Origin: Tubiluchus corallicola
Taxonomy: Eukaryota; Animalia; Priapulida
Assembly: GCA_030141605.1 (NCBI GenBank)
Contig: JAQGDQ010000357.1
Location: forward strand, 178,686 to 242,685
Reading direction: 5' to 3'
DNA: 64,000 bases
Numbering within the stretch: position 1 is the stretch's first letter; each line of letters starts with the position of its first letter. Position numbers and translations under genes: made by a program. The notes under the pieces are model-generated. The model saw only the letters and a program-made list of their open reading frames with translations. It had not been told where the DNA came from and searched no databases. Below, in pieces: positions 62,495-64,000 of this stretch.

Positions 62495-64000
62495 GTAACT
62501 CTTTTTCCTTTTAAAGAATCATATAATACTTTAGTTTTTATTCCATGAAACTTTTATAGTTCTTTTCTCTAAAAATATGGGAAATTTTTTGTGAAATATA
62601 AAAAAATTCTTTTTAGAGTCAAGATATAACAATTTAAGTGATGTTCATTTAATGTGTAAGTTGGGGATAACCCGGAGCATACTATGCTTGAATATGATTC
62701 ATGTTTTGTCCAATCCAGTTTGTGTAGCCCATAACCATAAACCTTATGATGCAACCATGTGCACAAACACATCTGTTTGGAAGTTCTTAAGACATAGAAA
62801 TCTAAATTGGCATAGAAACTACTTTTACTAATTATTTATGATATTACTTTTCAGTTTTCAACTTGCAATAAAATAAACTCACATTTATTAAATTCGAACT
62901 CTAGCGTAAATAAGGTATTTTTTATACCTATTGTTGTCTGGCATCTTCAAACCGATGTCCAGCGCTCAATAACAAGGCATATCACTAATGTTGAGTGGTT
63001 GTGGCAGAACTAGAACCTAGACTGTCATTAATTAAGACTTATCCATGTTGAGCGTAGCTCATAAGTTAATTTCTTCTGCTATGCCCATAGCACTGCAATG
63101 CATTGCTGATTTGCTATTGTATAACTTTTATTTTTGTATTGTGCTAAATGGATGAATCAATAAATCTATTCTAAATTGAATCTAAATGTAAAGCACTCAA
63201 CGGTCAGGTTCATTTCGGCCATAGTAGGATGATTTGCCACAAACCTCAACATGATAAGATGGAAGAGGCATTGGATGCAGTGTTGCTGTTTATACAGTAT
63301 TTATTGGAACGTACCATAATTTGAGGCTTTAGAGCGTTCAAAAAAGACCGTGCGATAATCAATAATTATACGATAATTTAGTAATAAGAAACAAAAAGCA
63401 AAAATGTGAAAAATTGTGCATTGAAAACATTCAGAACATTACTGCTAGCAAGTGGGAAGCGAATAAACGGTTTCATTGTAGTCTGCAGCGTGCTGGTTGT
63501 AGTTACCTAGAAAAAGCAACCATTTCATAAAAGAATGTTCATGATGGCGACACCAAGGCTTGATTCTGCATGAACCCAAATTAGTGAAATTTCACTGTAT
63601 TATGATGTATTTGATTTTACACTTGTTAATGCCAGTTATTTGTGTTATACTTACTTATTAAGTACATAATTATACAACAATTTGCTGTACAGTACATAAT
63701 AATTTTGGATTTGGGGCAGTGTGGTGAAAAATATGATACTTTTTAGTCTGTAGTACTATAATCAGCATCATGCAAAAGGGCAACTCTGAGGGATGTGAAC
63801 GATACCTTTCAATAGCAGTTTAACCAGTAGTCGCTCATCTGCTTCACTTACCCTCAAAAAGCTAGCTTTCTATACTCAATGTGTGATAGTGTAATGATAC
63901 TACATTTAAACAGAAGTCTTTTGATTAGTTAGAACTCTTCGTTAAATCCCGTGCACAGCATTAATAATACATTTCGGTATCGTATTGTTAATTTGTTATT

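Overview
AT-rich, intron-containing genomic DNA from an animal, most likely an invertebrate bilaterian; nothing here looks prokaryotic. Splicing exons by hand (GT-AG, phases checked) gives five protein-coding genes. (1) An FRS2/FRS3-like FGF-receptor adaptor (+, 2 coding exons, 477 aa). (2) A TRIC/TMEM38 trimeric intracellular cation channel (+). (3) An IPP/KLHL27 BTB-BACK-Kelch gene (-, 10 coding exons, 577 aa). (4) An Ldh_2-family (YjmC/AllD/ComC-like) oxidoreductase (+, 8 exons visible, runs off the window), head-to-head with IPP. (5) An intronless class A GPCR nested antisense in intron 6 of the oxidoreductase. The top observation is a tandemly duplicated exon 3 in the TRIC gene (3a 25624-25805, 3b 26362-26546). 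The two copies have identical phases, are both open and cannot be joined in frame, which points to mutually exclusive splicing. They differ at the conserved KExxRxxK motif (VQVRRTK vs KEIFRAK), and the downstream intron carries clustered UGCAUG/ACUAAC motifs. The rest is hAT and pogo/Tigger MITEs, SINE/LINE remnants and tandem repeats. All homology calls are from recognition of motifs, not from database searches.
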